From positions 279,230 through 343,229 of IMG/VR virus record IMGVR_UViG_3300049001_000044: a stretch of 64,000 nucleotides of DNA; one strand, written 5' to 3'. A program made the position numbers and the translations under genes. Of this stretch, positions 9,312 through 18,534 are shown one piece after another; within the stretch, counting starts at the first letter, position 1; each line of letters starts with the position of its first letter. Below the pieces are notes generated by a model. The model was not told where the DNA came from and made no database searches. It was given only the letters and a program-made list of their open reading frames with translations.

Positions 9312-10805
9312 TCAGGCGTAAAGCTTCACCAAAGTCTCCCAATTTGCTGCACCAGAAGCCGCCAAGTTCAGTGCACGTACAAGTGTACGCAGGGAGACTT
9401 CTTCCCTACGCTTACCTTCCTTGACCGTCCCCAGAACGTTTTCACGCTGCTTCTTGGTCAGGCTGAGGCCGTCTTCCAGAGGAATCTTGTGGAGGATCTG
9501 TTCCATACGCTCCAGCAGTTCTTCTGGAGTTGGGTTGATCGAGATGACGAAAGCGCGGGTACGCAGCGCTTTGTCAGGGTCCAGCTTGTTCAGTGACAGG
9601 TTTGAAATGAAGATGATTCGGCCTTCGAAGTTGAAGTACTTCGGAATACGGTCGTCATCATCTTCAAGATTCTCCACGTCTTCAAACTCAGGGTCGATCA
9701 TATTCGAAGACTTTTTGTTCCAAACCAGCTTACGAATCTTCTTGGTGTCGGTTGCAGCCTTGATCAGGTTACGTGCGTCTTGGTCAGCGAGTGCGCCGTC
9801 CGAGTCGTCGAACAAGATGATGTCTTTGCGGTGGTGGAAGAGCAGCGAGTAGATACCGATTGCAGAAGCTGAACCAGTGTTCTTGAAGTAGCCATCACCG
9901 TCACGGAGACCTGCTTCATGCAGAGTGTCTTCAACGGTTTGGGTCTTACCAGTACCACCTTTACCTGCAACGAACAGTGCGTTGAAGGAGCCCTTGATCA
10001 GACCTTGAGTCAGACCTTGCAGGTGTTCTAGGGAGTCAGCGAACGGGATACGGTCAGCAGGATCTTCCAGCTCTTCTTGCGAAGTTGATTGGTATGTTTC
10101 GTTGGTACCGCCAGCCGTAACTAGCAGCTCGCCGTCACCGTGCGCAAGCACTGCTGCAGCCAGTGTGTCTGTATCAACACCTGGAGCCAGCTGAATACGC
10201 TTGCCTTGCTTGACGAGCTGTTCGTCGTAGTCGCCATTTACCAGCACGTCGAAAGCTTCAACAGTGGAGATGTGGTACTTGACGATCCAGTCAGTGCGGG
10301 TGCAGCTGGTCTTCTTGATACGGATGAGGAAGTCCTTGAGTGCAGATTCGTACGTGTACTCACCACGCTTTGCCTCAGAAAGGATGGCTTCGCTTTCAGC
10401 GACCATTGCTTTTTCTGGCTTGGCGGCGAAGACAGTGAAGGTGCCTTTCTTCGGATTAGCGACGGCGCCGGCCAGCGCGGGGAGAATCTTGACGAACGAA
10501 ATGCCGTCAGTCTTCATGGTGTAGGATGGGTCCTTCTTGCCGTCGAATACGTCGATCGACATGATGGAGCTGGACTTACCAGTTTTTGGTTCCGATTCCC
10601 AGTTGAAGCGGATGCACTTGGTGCTGCCGTCAAACACGTAGCGGAGACCCCAACCAGCAGTTTTGCTGTTCTTGAAGTGTTCGACGCCGGGAACTTTGAT
10701 GAGTCGTGCACCTACTGCACGCTCCAAGTAGGAGATAACTTTGGTCATCGCGGCATCGACTTTGTGGCTACCGATTCGCGCTTCAAATAGGTCTTGTAGT
10801 TTCAT
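9312..10805 (-). CDS. AAA+ ATPase with uncharacterised N-terminal domains, putative head cargo
   Basis: Walker A GKGGTGKT, Walker B ILFDDSD, sensor-1 IFISN, ALRTR; leader MKLQDLFE|A. Confidence 0.85.
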   Translation of the reverse strand: MKLQDLFEARIGSHKVDAAMTKVISYLERAVGARLIKVPGVEHFKNSKTAGWGLRYVFDGSTKCIRFNWESEPKTGKSSSIMSIDVFDGKKDPSYTMKTDGISFVKILPALAGAVANPKKGTFTVFAAKPEKAMVAESEAILSEAKRGEYTYESALKDFLIRIKKTSCTRTDWIVKYHISTVEAFDVLVNGDYDEQLVKQGKRIQLAPGVDTDTLAAAVLAHGDGELLVTAGGTNETYQSTSQEELEDPADRIPFADSLEHLQGLTQGLIKGSFNALFVAGKGGTGKTQTVEDTLHEAGLRDGDGYFKNTGSASAIGIYSLLFHHRKDIILFDDSDGALADQDARNLIKAATDTKKIRKLVWNKKSSNMIDPEFEDVENLEDDDDRIPKYFNFEGRIIFISNLSLNKLDPDKALRTRAFVISINPTPEELLERMEQILHKIPLEDGLSLTKKQRENVLGTVKEGKRREEVSLRTLVRALNLAASGAANWETLVKLYA

Positions 10806-10840
10806 TTAGGATTTGTCCTAGAATAGGGTTGAACGCGTCT

Positions 10841-10848
10841 TATTTATG
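10841..10848 (-). promoter_or_regulatory. Late promoter-like CATAAATA driving the 10805-7465 operon
   Basis: NTAAATA just downstream of a terminator. Confidence 0.6.
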
Positions 10849-10850
10849 CG

Positions 10851-10875
10851 AAAAGGGAGTCATCATGACTCCCTT
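10851..10875 (-). terminator. Rho-independent terminator
   Basis: AAGGGAGTCAT-G-ATGACTCCCTT plus T-run on minus strand. Confidence 0.7.
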
Positions 10876-10902
10876 GCGTACGGCGTTTTGCGTGCTTAGC
10901 TG

Positions 10903-11154
10903 TTAGCTGCTCGGCGTGAACTCAACATCTTCGATAATGTCTTCGGGAGCATCTGCAAATCTAACCACCGAAATCCTTGACTTATGCATCGGAAGGATCA
11001 TGACTTTGTTGTCTGGGAAGTACTCTGCAATCGATGCTTTGGCTTGCTCGATGTAACGAGTAGCAGCAGATTGCGGCATCATCCCTAAGTCAAGCTCCAC
11101 CACCAACACATCGCCCGGATTTACGGTGAGTGTCTTAATGGTGGAGTCGTCCAT
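10903..11154 (-). CDS. Hypothetical protein
   Basis: 83-aa ORF coupled to upstream gene. Confidence 0.65.
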   Translation of the reverse strand: MDDSTIKTLTVNPGDVLVVELDLGMMPQSAATRYIEQAKASIAEYFPDNKVMILPMHKSRISVVRFADAPEDIIEDVEFTPSS

Positions 11155-11594
11155 TAGTTACCTGCGCGGTCGAAACGGCGAGTGGTAGGATCCAACATTG
11201 CTTCAGCTGGGTTGGTGAAGTCAGCACCGATCATTGCGTCGTTGACGTTACCTGCATCAGCCAGACCGCCTGCTGCAGCGCGTGCACCCTTCGGACGCTT
11301 CACTTTGACGCAGTTTGAGTGGAAGAAGTCCAGCGCGTTCATACCATTTGAGAGCTTGGACATAGCCAGCAGTTCCCACATAGAGTACTTGTCAGCGTGA
11401 GGACCAGTAACGATCTTCTTCAGACGTGCTTTGTCGATTTGGTGAAGTGGATCGATGTCGATGTAGTAGATCGAACCATCTTTAAACTCTTTCACTAGAG
11501 CGATTTCACGAAGCAGACCGGAGTCGTCGATGTCGCACAGAAAGATGTGTGGGAGGGAAGTCGGTTTCAGATCGATTTTGTCTTTTGCGGCCAT
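11154..11594 (-). CDS. Hypothetical late protein
   Basis: Likely start MAAKDKID (RBS AAGGAG); CATAAATA at 11683-11690. Confidence 0.7.
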   Translation of the reverse strand: MAAKDKIDLKPTSLPHIFLCDIDDSGLLREIALVKEFKDGSIYYIDIDPLHQIDKARLKKIVTGPHADKYSMWELLAMSKLSNGMNALDFFHSNCVKVKRPKGARAAAGGLADAGNVNDAMIGADFTNPAEAMLDPTTRRFDRAGN

Positions 11595-11779
11595 GGTAAT
11601 GCTCCTTTGAGTATGAGGGGATAACGTGTAACGTTTTGACAACCCCAGAAATAAAAACAGGCCGTCTTGATTGACGGCCTGGTATTTATGCTTCACTCAA
11701 AGGTGAATGTCAGGTTATCTTCCAAACAAAAATGGACCAGTTCCTTTCGGATACTGGTCCATTTTTGGGTGAAGCTATT

Positions 11780-12235
11780 TTATTCGAAGCGAACTCGGAA
11801 GCACGTCTTGTCCTTCAGCGAAGTGTACGCCGTGGCGATGAAGCTGGGCTTAGGTTCAGGAATTTCTTCACCACGCTCACGAGCTTCCCACAGCTTTTGC
11901 TGCTTTGCTTCACGGCGCTTCTCCTTGAAGTAGTGGAAGCTGATCAGGCAGCCGATTGCCGTGGCAATGAGTAGCAGGCCGATGATGACCTGCGCACCGA
12001 GATGCGGATCGAGATTGAACCATAGTCCCGTGGTAACCATCGCCGCAAGGTATGCGAAGAAGTCACCAAGGAAGAACATCATCATCGTGCCGACGAACAG
12101 GAACATCAGGCCGATGATGCCACCGAAAATTGCCGATCGAACGTAGTGGCAGAAGTCCGGGCGGTACTCGTTGTACTCACCCAGCTTTGCCAACTTGTAG
12201 TGCCAGGAGTTCTTGCTGAAGTTCAGTTCTTTCAT
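11780..12235 (-). CDS. Membrane protein (2 TM)
   Basis: Two long hydrophobic segments. Confidence 0.7.
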   Translation of the reverse strand: MKELNFSKNSWHYKLAKLGEYNEYRPDFCHYVRSAIFGGIIGLMFLFVGTMMMFFLGDFFAYLAAMVTTGLWFNLDPHLGAQVIIGLLLIATAIGCLISFHYFKEKRREAKQQKLWEARERGEEIPEPKPSFIATAYTSLKDKTCFRVRFE

Positions 12236-12239
12236 CGTA

Positions 12240-12410
12240 TTATCCGTAGAATTTCGGGTTGATCGCCAGTACTTCCGGGAATTGCATCATCGATGTATCG
12301 ACGCTCTTGCCACGGTGCATGTAGTGGTACATCGCACGTAGTGCCAGGTCCAGCTTGTTTGCGTCTTTCGCTTTGATCGCGTCGTCAATATTCTGTTGCA
12401 GGTCTTTCAT
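12240..12410 (-). CDS. Small hypothetical protein (56 aa, not in track)
   Basis: MKDLQQNIDDAIKAKD..., overlaps upstream stop. Confidence 0.55.
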   Translation of the reverse strand: MKDLQQNIDDAIKAKDANKLDLALRAMYHYMHRGKSVDTSMMQFPEVLAINPKFYG

Positions 12411-12670
12411 TCTTCGTCTTCCTCGTCAATGAATTGTTCGATGTCTTCCATGGTCAGTACCGAGATGCCCATCGATTCAGCAGTGCATCCTGCCGGCAGG
12501 GTAATCGTGCGGTAGCTGAAGTCACCACCGGCGCAGCCGTAGTCGTCATAGTCCATGCGACCAGCATCGCTAGCTTTCTCCAGCGCGTCGATGACGGCGG
12601 GGTCCAGCACATAATCAACGTCGAAGCTGCCATCCGATTGATCGGTCAACAGTACAAAGAGAGTTACCAT
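12407..12670 (-). CDS. Acidic hypothetical protein
   Basis: 87-aa ORF with RBS AAGGAG. Confidence 0.65.
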   Translation of the reverse strand: MVTLFVLLTDQSDGSFDVDYVLDPAVIDALEKASDAGRMDYDDYGCAGGDFSYRTITLPAGCTAESMGISVLTMEDIEQFIDEEDEE

Positions 12671-12703
12671 TCGTCATGCTCCTTTAATTAGAGTTCATCA
12701 AGT

Positions 12704-12751
12704 AAGTGTTGATGATGACATTTTATACATCATCAACACTTTAAAAAACTG
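12704..12751 (-). promoter_or_regulatory. Early-type promoter whose -10 lies inside a 14-bp perfect inverted repeat
   Basis: CAGTTTTT-N18-TAAAAT (12720-12751); arms 12704-12717 and 12728-12741. Confidence 0.65.
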
Positions 12752-13762
12752 TTAGAACGTCAGGAGCGAAGGCTTCTTCTTTGCAAGCTGATTGCTCACG
12801 ACACCATTGGGGCTCATGACCTTCTTGCCATTCGCAGAGAACATGTCAGCGAAGGTCTGAGCGTTTTCTGCGATTTGAGCCAAACCGAATTTGCCACAGA
12901 ACTTGGTGAAGTGGAAGTGCGAGAACTTGCCATGATGTTCCAGCTCGTAGTCGAGGGTCTCTTTCACCAGCTGGCGGATGTCTTCTGGCTGCGCGTGCAG
13001 ATCCATCAGCAGTTTGTTCTCTTCAAACAGCTCGCAGGTTTTGTAGTGAGTGACTTCACCGGTTTCAGGGTCAGTAAAATCCCACTCATGATTCAGCAGC
13101 TGAGTCAGCATGTAGTCGTCCGTCATTGCCTTCGCCAACTTCGTCTTCAGAACGCGCGGATAAGCTGTCATGACGTTATCGCCTGGATCGCCACGGAAAC
13201 ATTTCTCGAACATGAAGAAGTGAGGGTCGTCGCAAGTGCGTGGCTTGCCATCGTTAGGATCGATCAACGTGAAGTTCTTGTACTTCAGGAGTTGGACGAA
13301 GTCACGGTCACCGGAGATGCCAATGATTTCGTCTGCGCCTTCCAGCAAAGATTCGTCTTCCACACCATAGCGCTCAACGAAGCCAGCGAACAGATCATCA
13401 CCCTCAAGGCGAGGAGCGGAGAGGCAAGCTACTGCAGTGTGAGTGCGAGCCAGATCCTCAAAGCCCTTGATCAGTTCGAAGAACGGTTCCATCGAAGCGT
13501 CCTTCACTCGGTTACCCTTGTACAGCTTCTTCGACTTGCACTGTGCGGACTTGGTGTATTCCTTACGCCAGTTCTGACCACCTTCGAAGGTGACGACGAG
13601 TTGATCAGGGCGATACTTCTTGTAGTACTTGTTGAGGGTATTCAACGCGATGTGCATCGCAAGACCGGCCTTCTCCTCGGGGGTACCGGCAGGGCCGTAC
13701 TTGCCATGGGCTGCTGCAACTCGGAACAGAACGTTCGCGGTGTCTACAATCATTCGTTTCAT
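12752..13762 (-). CDS. rnh: RNase H / 5'-3' flap exonuclease (T4 rnh-like)
   Basis: IVDTAN, EGDD, SGDRDFVQL, RGDPGDNV motifs. Confidence 0.85.
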   Translation of the reverse strand: MKRMIVDTANVLFRVAAAHGKYGPAGTPEEKAGLAMHIALNTLNKYYKKYRPDQLVVTFEGGQNWRKEYTKSAQCKSKKLYKGNRVKDASMEPFFELIKGFEDLARTHTAVACLSAPRLEGDDLFAGFVERYGVEDESLLEGADEIIGISGDRDFVQLLKYKNFTLIDPNDGKPRTCDDPHFFMFEKCFRGDPGDNVMTAYPRVLKTKLAKAMTDDYMLTQLLNHEWDFTDPETGEVTHYKTCELFEENKLLMDLHAQPEDIRQLVKETLDYELEHHGKFSHFHFTKFCGKFGLAQIAENAQTFADMFSANGKKVMSPNGVVSNQLAKKKPSLLTF

Positions 13763-14112
13763 TCTTCGTCTTCCTCTTGATCCAGTTTTGCTGCACGAGC
13801 TGTTGCTTTTTCCACCATGCTCTCAAGCACGTTGTAACCAACCTGACCACCGCACATGTTGATGAACTCGTGATAGAATTCTTCGCTGCATGGCTGGTCA
13901 CTGACGCCCATTTCGAAGTCGTCGAATGAGTAGAATTGCAGAAATTCATTCGTGCCGAAGTAGTACTCGTCATCTTCAGTTAGAACGTTGGCGTCGAAAG
14001 CAAGTTGAACTATCGACATGTTCTTGTTGAACTCACGCTTGTCAGCAACGAAGCAGCAGTCGACATCGAACTCATCCGCATAGTCATGGGACATCTTTAC
14101 AAAAACGTACAT
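13759..14112 (-). CDS. Acidic hypothetical protein
   Basis: Likely start MYVFVKM with RBS GGAGA. Confidence 0.6.
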   Translation of the reverse strand: MYVFVKMSHDYADEFDVDCCFVADKREFNKNMSIVQLAFDANVLTEDDEYYFGTNEFLQFYSFDDFEMGVSDQPCSEEFYHEFINMCGGQVGYNVLESMVEKATARAAKLDQEEDEE

Positions 14113-14113
14113 C

Positions 14114-14416
14114 TTATCTCCGGAGAATGTTTGCTTCGTTGGTGAGGTTTGGAGTTGCCGAAGGATTGATGGTGTCATCTTCTTCAAGCAGGGATTCAGG
14201 CAGCATCTGAGTCGAGAGGTAGAACATCTGCACCATCTCTTCTTCAGTCTGGCCTTCATAACCAGCAACTTTCAGGGTGTGGATGAATGCGTCGTTCCAG
14301 CTCATGGTGAACTCAAGACGTCCATCGATAGGACCAGTGGTTTCAAAACTTGCCCAGGGCTTCTTCGACTTCTTCCGAAGAAGCTCCTGTAGTTTGGACA
14401 GGAGCGACCTTTTCAT
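14114..14416 (-). CDS. Hypothetical protein
   Basis: 100-aa ORF in replication operon. Confidence 0.7.
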   Translation of the reverse strand: MKRSLLSKLQELLRKKSKKPWASFETTGPIDGRLEFTMSWNDAFIHTLKVAGYEGQTEEEMVQMFYLSTQMLPESLLEEDDTINPSATPNLTNEANILRR

Positions 14417-14790
14417 TACAGACCTTTCGAGATAGAGAGACGATCGACGTTGTCGATGGCACGGGAGAGAGGAGGACCCAGCTTGCTGACTACGTGTTCA
14501 GTCAGAAGTTCGATGATGAACTGTTGCGCTAGGGAGTGGGCGATAGTGTGCTTGTCGTCGATGAAGTACTTCGCGTGCGTCTGCGACAAAACCTTCGTCA
14601 CTACTTTACCACCAGCTTCGCCAGTGATGTGGACGTCATACGCACCGTTGTTAGGGGTGACCTGAACATTGAAGTCGATCTTCCAATCGACCAGCTCTTT
14701 GTTCGCTTCGGCCAGTTGCTGTTGAAGCAGCTTGATGCGGTTGGTGGCCTCAGTCATTTCAGTGAGGTTGGCTACTGCTCGTTGATCCAT
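14416..14790 (-). CDS. Hypothetical protein
   Basis: 124-aa ORF, coupled on both sides. Confidence 0.7.
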   Translation of the reverse strand: MDQRAVANLTEMTEATNRIKLLQQQLAEANKELVDWKIDFNVQVTPNNGAYDVHITGEAGGKVVTKVLSQTHAKYFIDDKHTIAHSLAQQFIIELLTEHVVSKLGPPLSRAIDNVDRLSISKGL

Positions 14791-15518
14791 TAATCGTCTC
14801 CGTCAATTTGAGAGAATACGTACATTGGGTGGCCATGTACGAGGAGGTTGATGGTGCCTGCGCCGCCAACGGTGAAGCTTACGCCATCGTCAGTTTGAGC
14901 AGTGCGGAAAAGAGTACTGAGAATGTCCGTGTTGTAGTAGTGGACTAGGGTCTCCAGATCATCTTCGTGGATGTCTTCCAGCCTCTCTACTTGGTCATCC
15001 AGCTCGATGGTCATGCGGTCATTGTTGGAATCGGCAGTGTCGAAGAAGACCTTGCCGTCCTTCTTGATCGACAAAGTGATTTGCTTTGCGCCCATTACCT
15101 TGATGGAGTTGAGGACTAGCTGGAGTTGGTCCTTCTTCACTTTGATCTTCGCGACTGGTTCGTCGTTGAGTTTCTTCGGTGCCTTGATGAGGGCAGTGGA
15201 CGTGCAGCGGAATTGGATCTTACTTTTACCAGCAACGATCTCCAGCTGAACAATTTCACCACGCTCACTTTCCTTGGCATCGATCGTGACGTCAGGGTTG
15301 TTCACGAGGAGATCCAGCCGTTGGCGCAGCAGATTCAAACGGGACAGACCAATTTTCTGGCCGAAGGAAGGGATGTCGTTGTCAGAAATGAAGACGGCGT
15401 TCTTATTGTTCAAGCCGCTGGCCAGACCATTTTCGATAACGATCGCATCGATTCCGCCCAACGCAACCGTCGCCAGAAGGTTGTTCAGATTTACAGCATC
15501 AGCACGGGATAATTTCAT
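14790..15518 (-). CDS. DNA polymerase sliding clamp (gp45-like)
   Basis: 242 aa, two-domain clamp-like size and composition, beside the polymerase. Confidence 0.65.
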   Translation of the reverse strand: MKLSRADAVNLNNLLATVALGGIDAIVIENGLASGLNNKNAVFISDNDIPSFGQKIGLSRLNLLRQRLDLLVNNPDVTIDAKESERGEIVQLEIVAGKSKIQFRCTSTALIKAPKKLNDEPVAKIKVKKDQLQLVLNSIKVMGAKQITLSIKKDGKVFFDTADSNNDRMTIELDDQVERLEDIHEDDLETLVHYYNTDILSTLFRTAQTDDGVSFTVGGAGTINLLVHGHPMYVFSQIDGDD

Positions 15519-15739
15519 GGGTATTGGATGTAGTCGATTGATTGGATTTTCTTCTTGCGCTTCTTCGCCAGCTCTTTCTCAACAGCGTTCTTGATGAAGT
15601 ACTCAGCTTGTGCTTGGCTGTCAAAGGACTGAACTTCAGAGTAGGAAGTGAAGTTGTACCAGAAGAGGAAGGTCTTGTACTGAGGGAAGTAGGTCTTGGA
15701 ATCATCACCTTTCGTGATGACCTTAATACGTGTTTTCAT
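15515..15739 (-). CDS. Small hypothetical protein
   Basis: 74 aa; motif YFPQYKTFLFW. Confidence 0.65.
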   Translation of the reverse strand: MKTRIKVITKGDDSKTYFPQYKTFLFWYNFTSYSEVQSFDSQAQAEYFIKNAVEKELAKKRKKKIQSIDYIQYP

Positions 15740-15744
15740 TTAGT

Positions 15745-15776
15745 ATTTTACCCCGCTTATTAGGCGGGGTAATCTC
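15745..15776 (-). promoter_or_regulatory. Early-type promoter GAGATTAC-N18-TAAAAT with GC hairpin in spacer
   Basis: Same 18-nt spacing; CCCCGC...GCGGGG inverted repeat in spacer. Confidence 0.5.
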
Positions 15777-15779
15777 GCA

Positions 15780-18476
15780 TCAGAATTCAAGCAGACGTTT
15801 TACATGAACGCCTTGAGGAGTTGGGACTTCATGACCAAGAGCAGCGAACACACCACCCAGTTTCGCATCGAACATCTTCTGCTCCGTCTTCTTAATGTCG
15901 ACGCTGAAGTTCTCCACGAACCATTTCGGGAATCGCAGCAGTTCGGCTGGCAGGGCGATCGACTTCATCCCATAGTTGTTGGGCTTGAGGTAGTAAACCA
16001 GACCCTTGTCACCGCTTCGAATCGACTTTGCACCCTTGTCGAACTCATCCAACAGCATGTTGTAGTTCATAGCTGCCATCGCGTGACCTGGGACACGAGG
16101 CTTCTTACCTATGCCACCGTTCTTCTGCCAAACGAAGTACTCAGCTGTGTACTGCTCCAAGTTGTTGATTTGCTTTGCCACACCCAGCAGGAAGACGTTG
16201 TCAGGGTTCTTCAACACAATCCTACGCTGGCTGTTCACGTAGTCAGAGACGGTGTCGAGGTCTTCACCATTCAAGATCATGTCCACAGTCTCTTTCAAGA
16301 ACTTCTGGATAATCTTCGGGGTATCGGCCTTCTTAATCTCCGAGCCTTGCGACTTCATCTTGTCGACGCGCTTGCCTTCGATGTCGAAGCACTTGATCAT
16401 GTACTTCTTCTTCGCTTGGAACAGGCCACGAACACCAACAACTTCCCTTGCCGCTTGGATGTGGGTGTCAAAGCCAGGCTGACACAGGAATCCATTCCTC
16501 ATCAAGTCAGGGAACGAGTCATTCACTAGCTTTGCCACTTCATCAGCGATCGCCACTGCGGTGTCATTGTCCTCTGCACCCACGCACTTGAAGTAACCAG
16601 AGTCGGTGTCAGAGTAGATGATCGCATCGCTGTCGATCGTGTAAAGAATCTGCAGATCGCCTTTGTCGTCGATGATGCGCTGCTTCTTCAGTGGGACTTG
16701 CTCACCAGTCAGGTAGAAGTTCAGCGTCTCCAACATGTGCTTGGTGATTCGACGGCCAGATGCGGTAACTGATGCACCCATTCGTTCGTCACCGAAGCGG
16801 AAGGCCACGTTCAGCAGAGCGCCATACAGCGAGTTCATCGAGATTTTCTTGGTCAGCTGGAGAAGATCAAACTGCTCAGCCAACTTCTCGTACTCTGCCT
16901 TCTTGACTGGATCCTCTTCCTTGTCCGCCAACTTGGAGTATTTCTTCTTTTCTGCCTGAAGACGAATACGCTCAGTGTACCAGAAACCAAGAATGTCTGC
17001 AACGACACCCCTTCCGTTACCTTGATCGAAGACAGTGCCGTAGCCAGAGACTGCCCACTTGTTGTCGATGAGGATCTGTTTCCATTCAGCAGCAGTCTTC
17101 ACATGCTGGGTGCCATCTTCCAGAATCAGTGTGCAACGTACTGCGTGATCGCCACGGTTGATTGCTTCCCAATCTGCTTCATCTTCAGTGTTGGTGAACT
17201 GACCGATGATCTTCTCAGGGGAGATGTTGATGGAACGAATGACGTTTGGATACAGCGACTTGATGTCAACTGATGCTGGCAGATCATGCATGCCAACCTT
17301 TGGCGACAATACAACCGCGCCCTCAACCTTGTTGTTCTGCCCAATGACCTTATCATGGACGATCTTGTTCAGAACTCTGTGTGCGTGGTTGGTAATGCCC
17401 GTCTCCACGTACTTCACAGTACCAAGAATAGCTGCGAAGTCGACGGTGTTTTCGTGCGCCATCTGATTGACTAGCGCAATGAACTTGAACTTCTGATCCA
17501 GCTTTACCAGCACTTCAACGTCTCGTGCGTTGTATGTGATGAAGTGGATGAAGTCGTTTAGGTACAGTTCTTCCAGGGTACCGTCATAGTCCAGCTTTGG
17601 TACGTCCAGCTCTTCGTTCGCGATGTTTGCCAGCGCATAGGAGGTGCGACCTTCGAACGTGAACTTCTCGAACAGTTGGCGGTAGTCAAGGTGCGAACGA
17701 CCTTGGAACTTGTAGACTGGTTCTTCGTTGCCGAAGTGGTTCATCATCTCCTTGCGAGGAGGACGGCAGCCGGGCAGCTCCAGACTTGACAGAGCTTTTT
17801 CACCCATGAGCAACTTGATGCGTTCGCAGACGTAGGGTACGTCATAGAACTCCGAGTTCCAACCACTGATGATGTCAGCGTCTTGGATCAAGTCAAGGGT
17901 TCGTTCGAGCAGTTCCAGCTCGTCTCGGCAAATGATGATGTTGGGCTCGAAGCCCATCTTCTGCTGTTTCCAATTCTCATGGATTTTATCCATGAACGTC
18001 TCATCTATCACATAGCCTGGCGGAGGAACAGCTAAGGTGATGTACTCGTTAGTCCACGAGCTGTAGATAGTGTTGGCGTTGATTGGGGCGTAAGGGTTCG
18101 AAGGGCCTGCAAAGCCAATCGACTGTTTGTAATCAACCTCAATGTCGAAGAAGACGAAGTTGACAGGAGGGGTGGGACGTCCGTAGTACATATCCATCAG
18201 CACTCGGGCGAGTGGACGAATATCGGACTCAAACTTGACTGGACATGCACGAGAAAGGTAGTCGAACTCCTCTTTGGAGTCTGCGTCAACCCTCGCAAGC
18301 TTGTCACCAAAGATCGACTCATACTCACCATCTTCGTCAGGGACGTAGAAGTAGTAAGGAGGTTTCACTAAGGTGGTGAAGCGCTCACGCGTCTCGATGT
18401 CGCGTTCTACAACGACGACTCGATCTTGCTTGTAGTCCATCCAAGCAGCGATGTAATTGCTAGTGGCTTCAGTCAT
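15780..18476 (-). CDS. Family B DNA polymerase (T4 gp43-like)
   Basis: Exo FDIEV; pol DIKSLYP, KISMNSLYG, YSDTDS; no intron or intein evident. Confidence 0.97.
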   Translation of the reverse strand: MTEATSNYIAAWMDYKQDRVVVVERDIETRERFTTLVKPPYYFYVPDEDGEYESIFGDKLARVDADSKEEFDYLSRACPVKFESDIRPLARVLMDMYYGRPTPPVNFVFFDIEVDYKQSIGFAGPSNPYAPINANTIYSSWTNEYITLAVPPPGYVIDETFMDKIHENWKQQKMGFEPNIIICRDELELLERTLDLIQDADIISGWNSEFYDVPYVCERIKLLMGEKALSSLELPGCRPPRKEMMNHFGNEEPVYKFQGRSHLDYRQLFEKFTFEGRTSYALANIANEELDVPKLDYDGTLEELYLNDFIHFITYNARDVEVLVKLDQKFKFIALVNQMAHENTVDFAAILGTVKYVETGITNHAHRVLNKIVHDKVIGQNNKVEGAVVLSPKVGMHDLPASVDIKSLYPNVIRSINISPEKIIGQFTNTEDEADWEAINRGDHAVRCTLILEDGTQHVKTAAEWKQILIDNKWAVSGYGTVFDQGNGRGVVADILGFWYTERIRLQAEKKKYSKLADKEEDPVKKAEYEKLAEQFDLLQLTKKISMNSLYGALLNVAFRFGDERMGASVTASGRRITKHMLETLNFYLTGEQVPLKKQRIIDDKGDLQILYTIDSDAIIYSDTDSGYFKCVGAEDNDTAVAIADEVAKLVNDSFPDLMRNGFLCQPGFDTHIQAAREVVGVRGLFQAKKKYMIKCFDIEGKRVDKMKSQGSEIKKADTPKIIQKFLKETVDMILNGEDLDTVSDYVNSQRRIVLKNPDNVFLLGVAKQINNLEQYTAEYFVWQKNGGIGKKPRVPGHAMAAMNYNMLLDEFDKGAKSIRSGDKGLVYYLKPNNYGMKSIALPAELLRFPKWFVENFSVDIKKTEQKMFDAKLGGVFAALGHEVPTPQGVHVKRLLEF

Positions 18477-18534
18477 AGGAATAGGAAAATGGCTCTAAGA
18501 GTACATACTTAGAGCCGTGGTAAATCAAGTTTGC

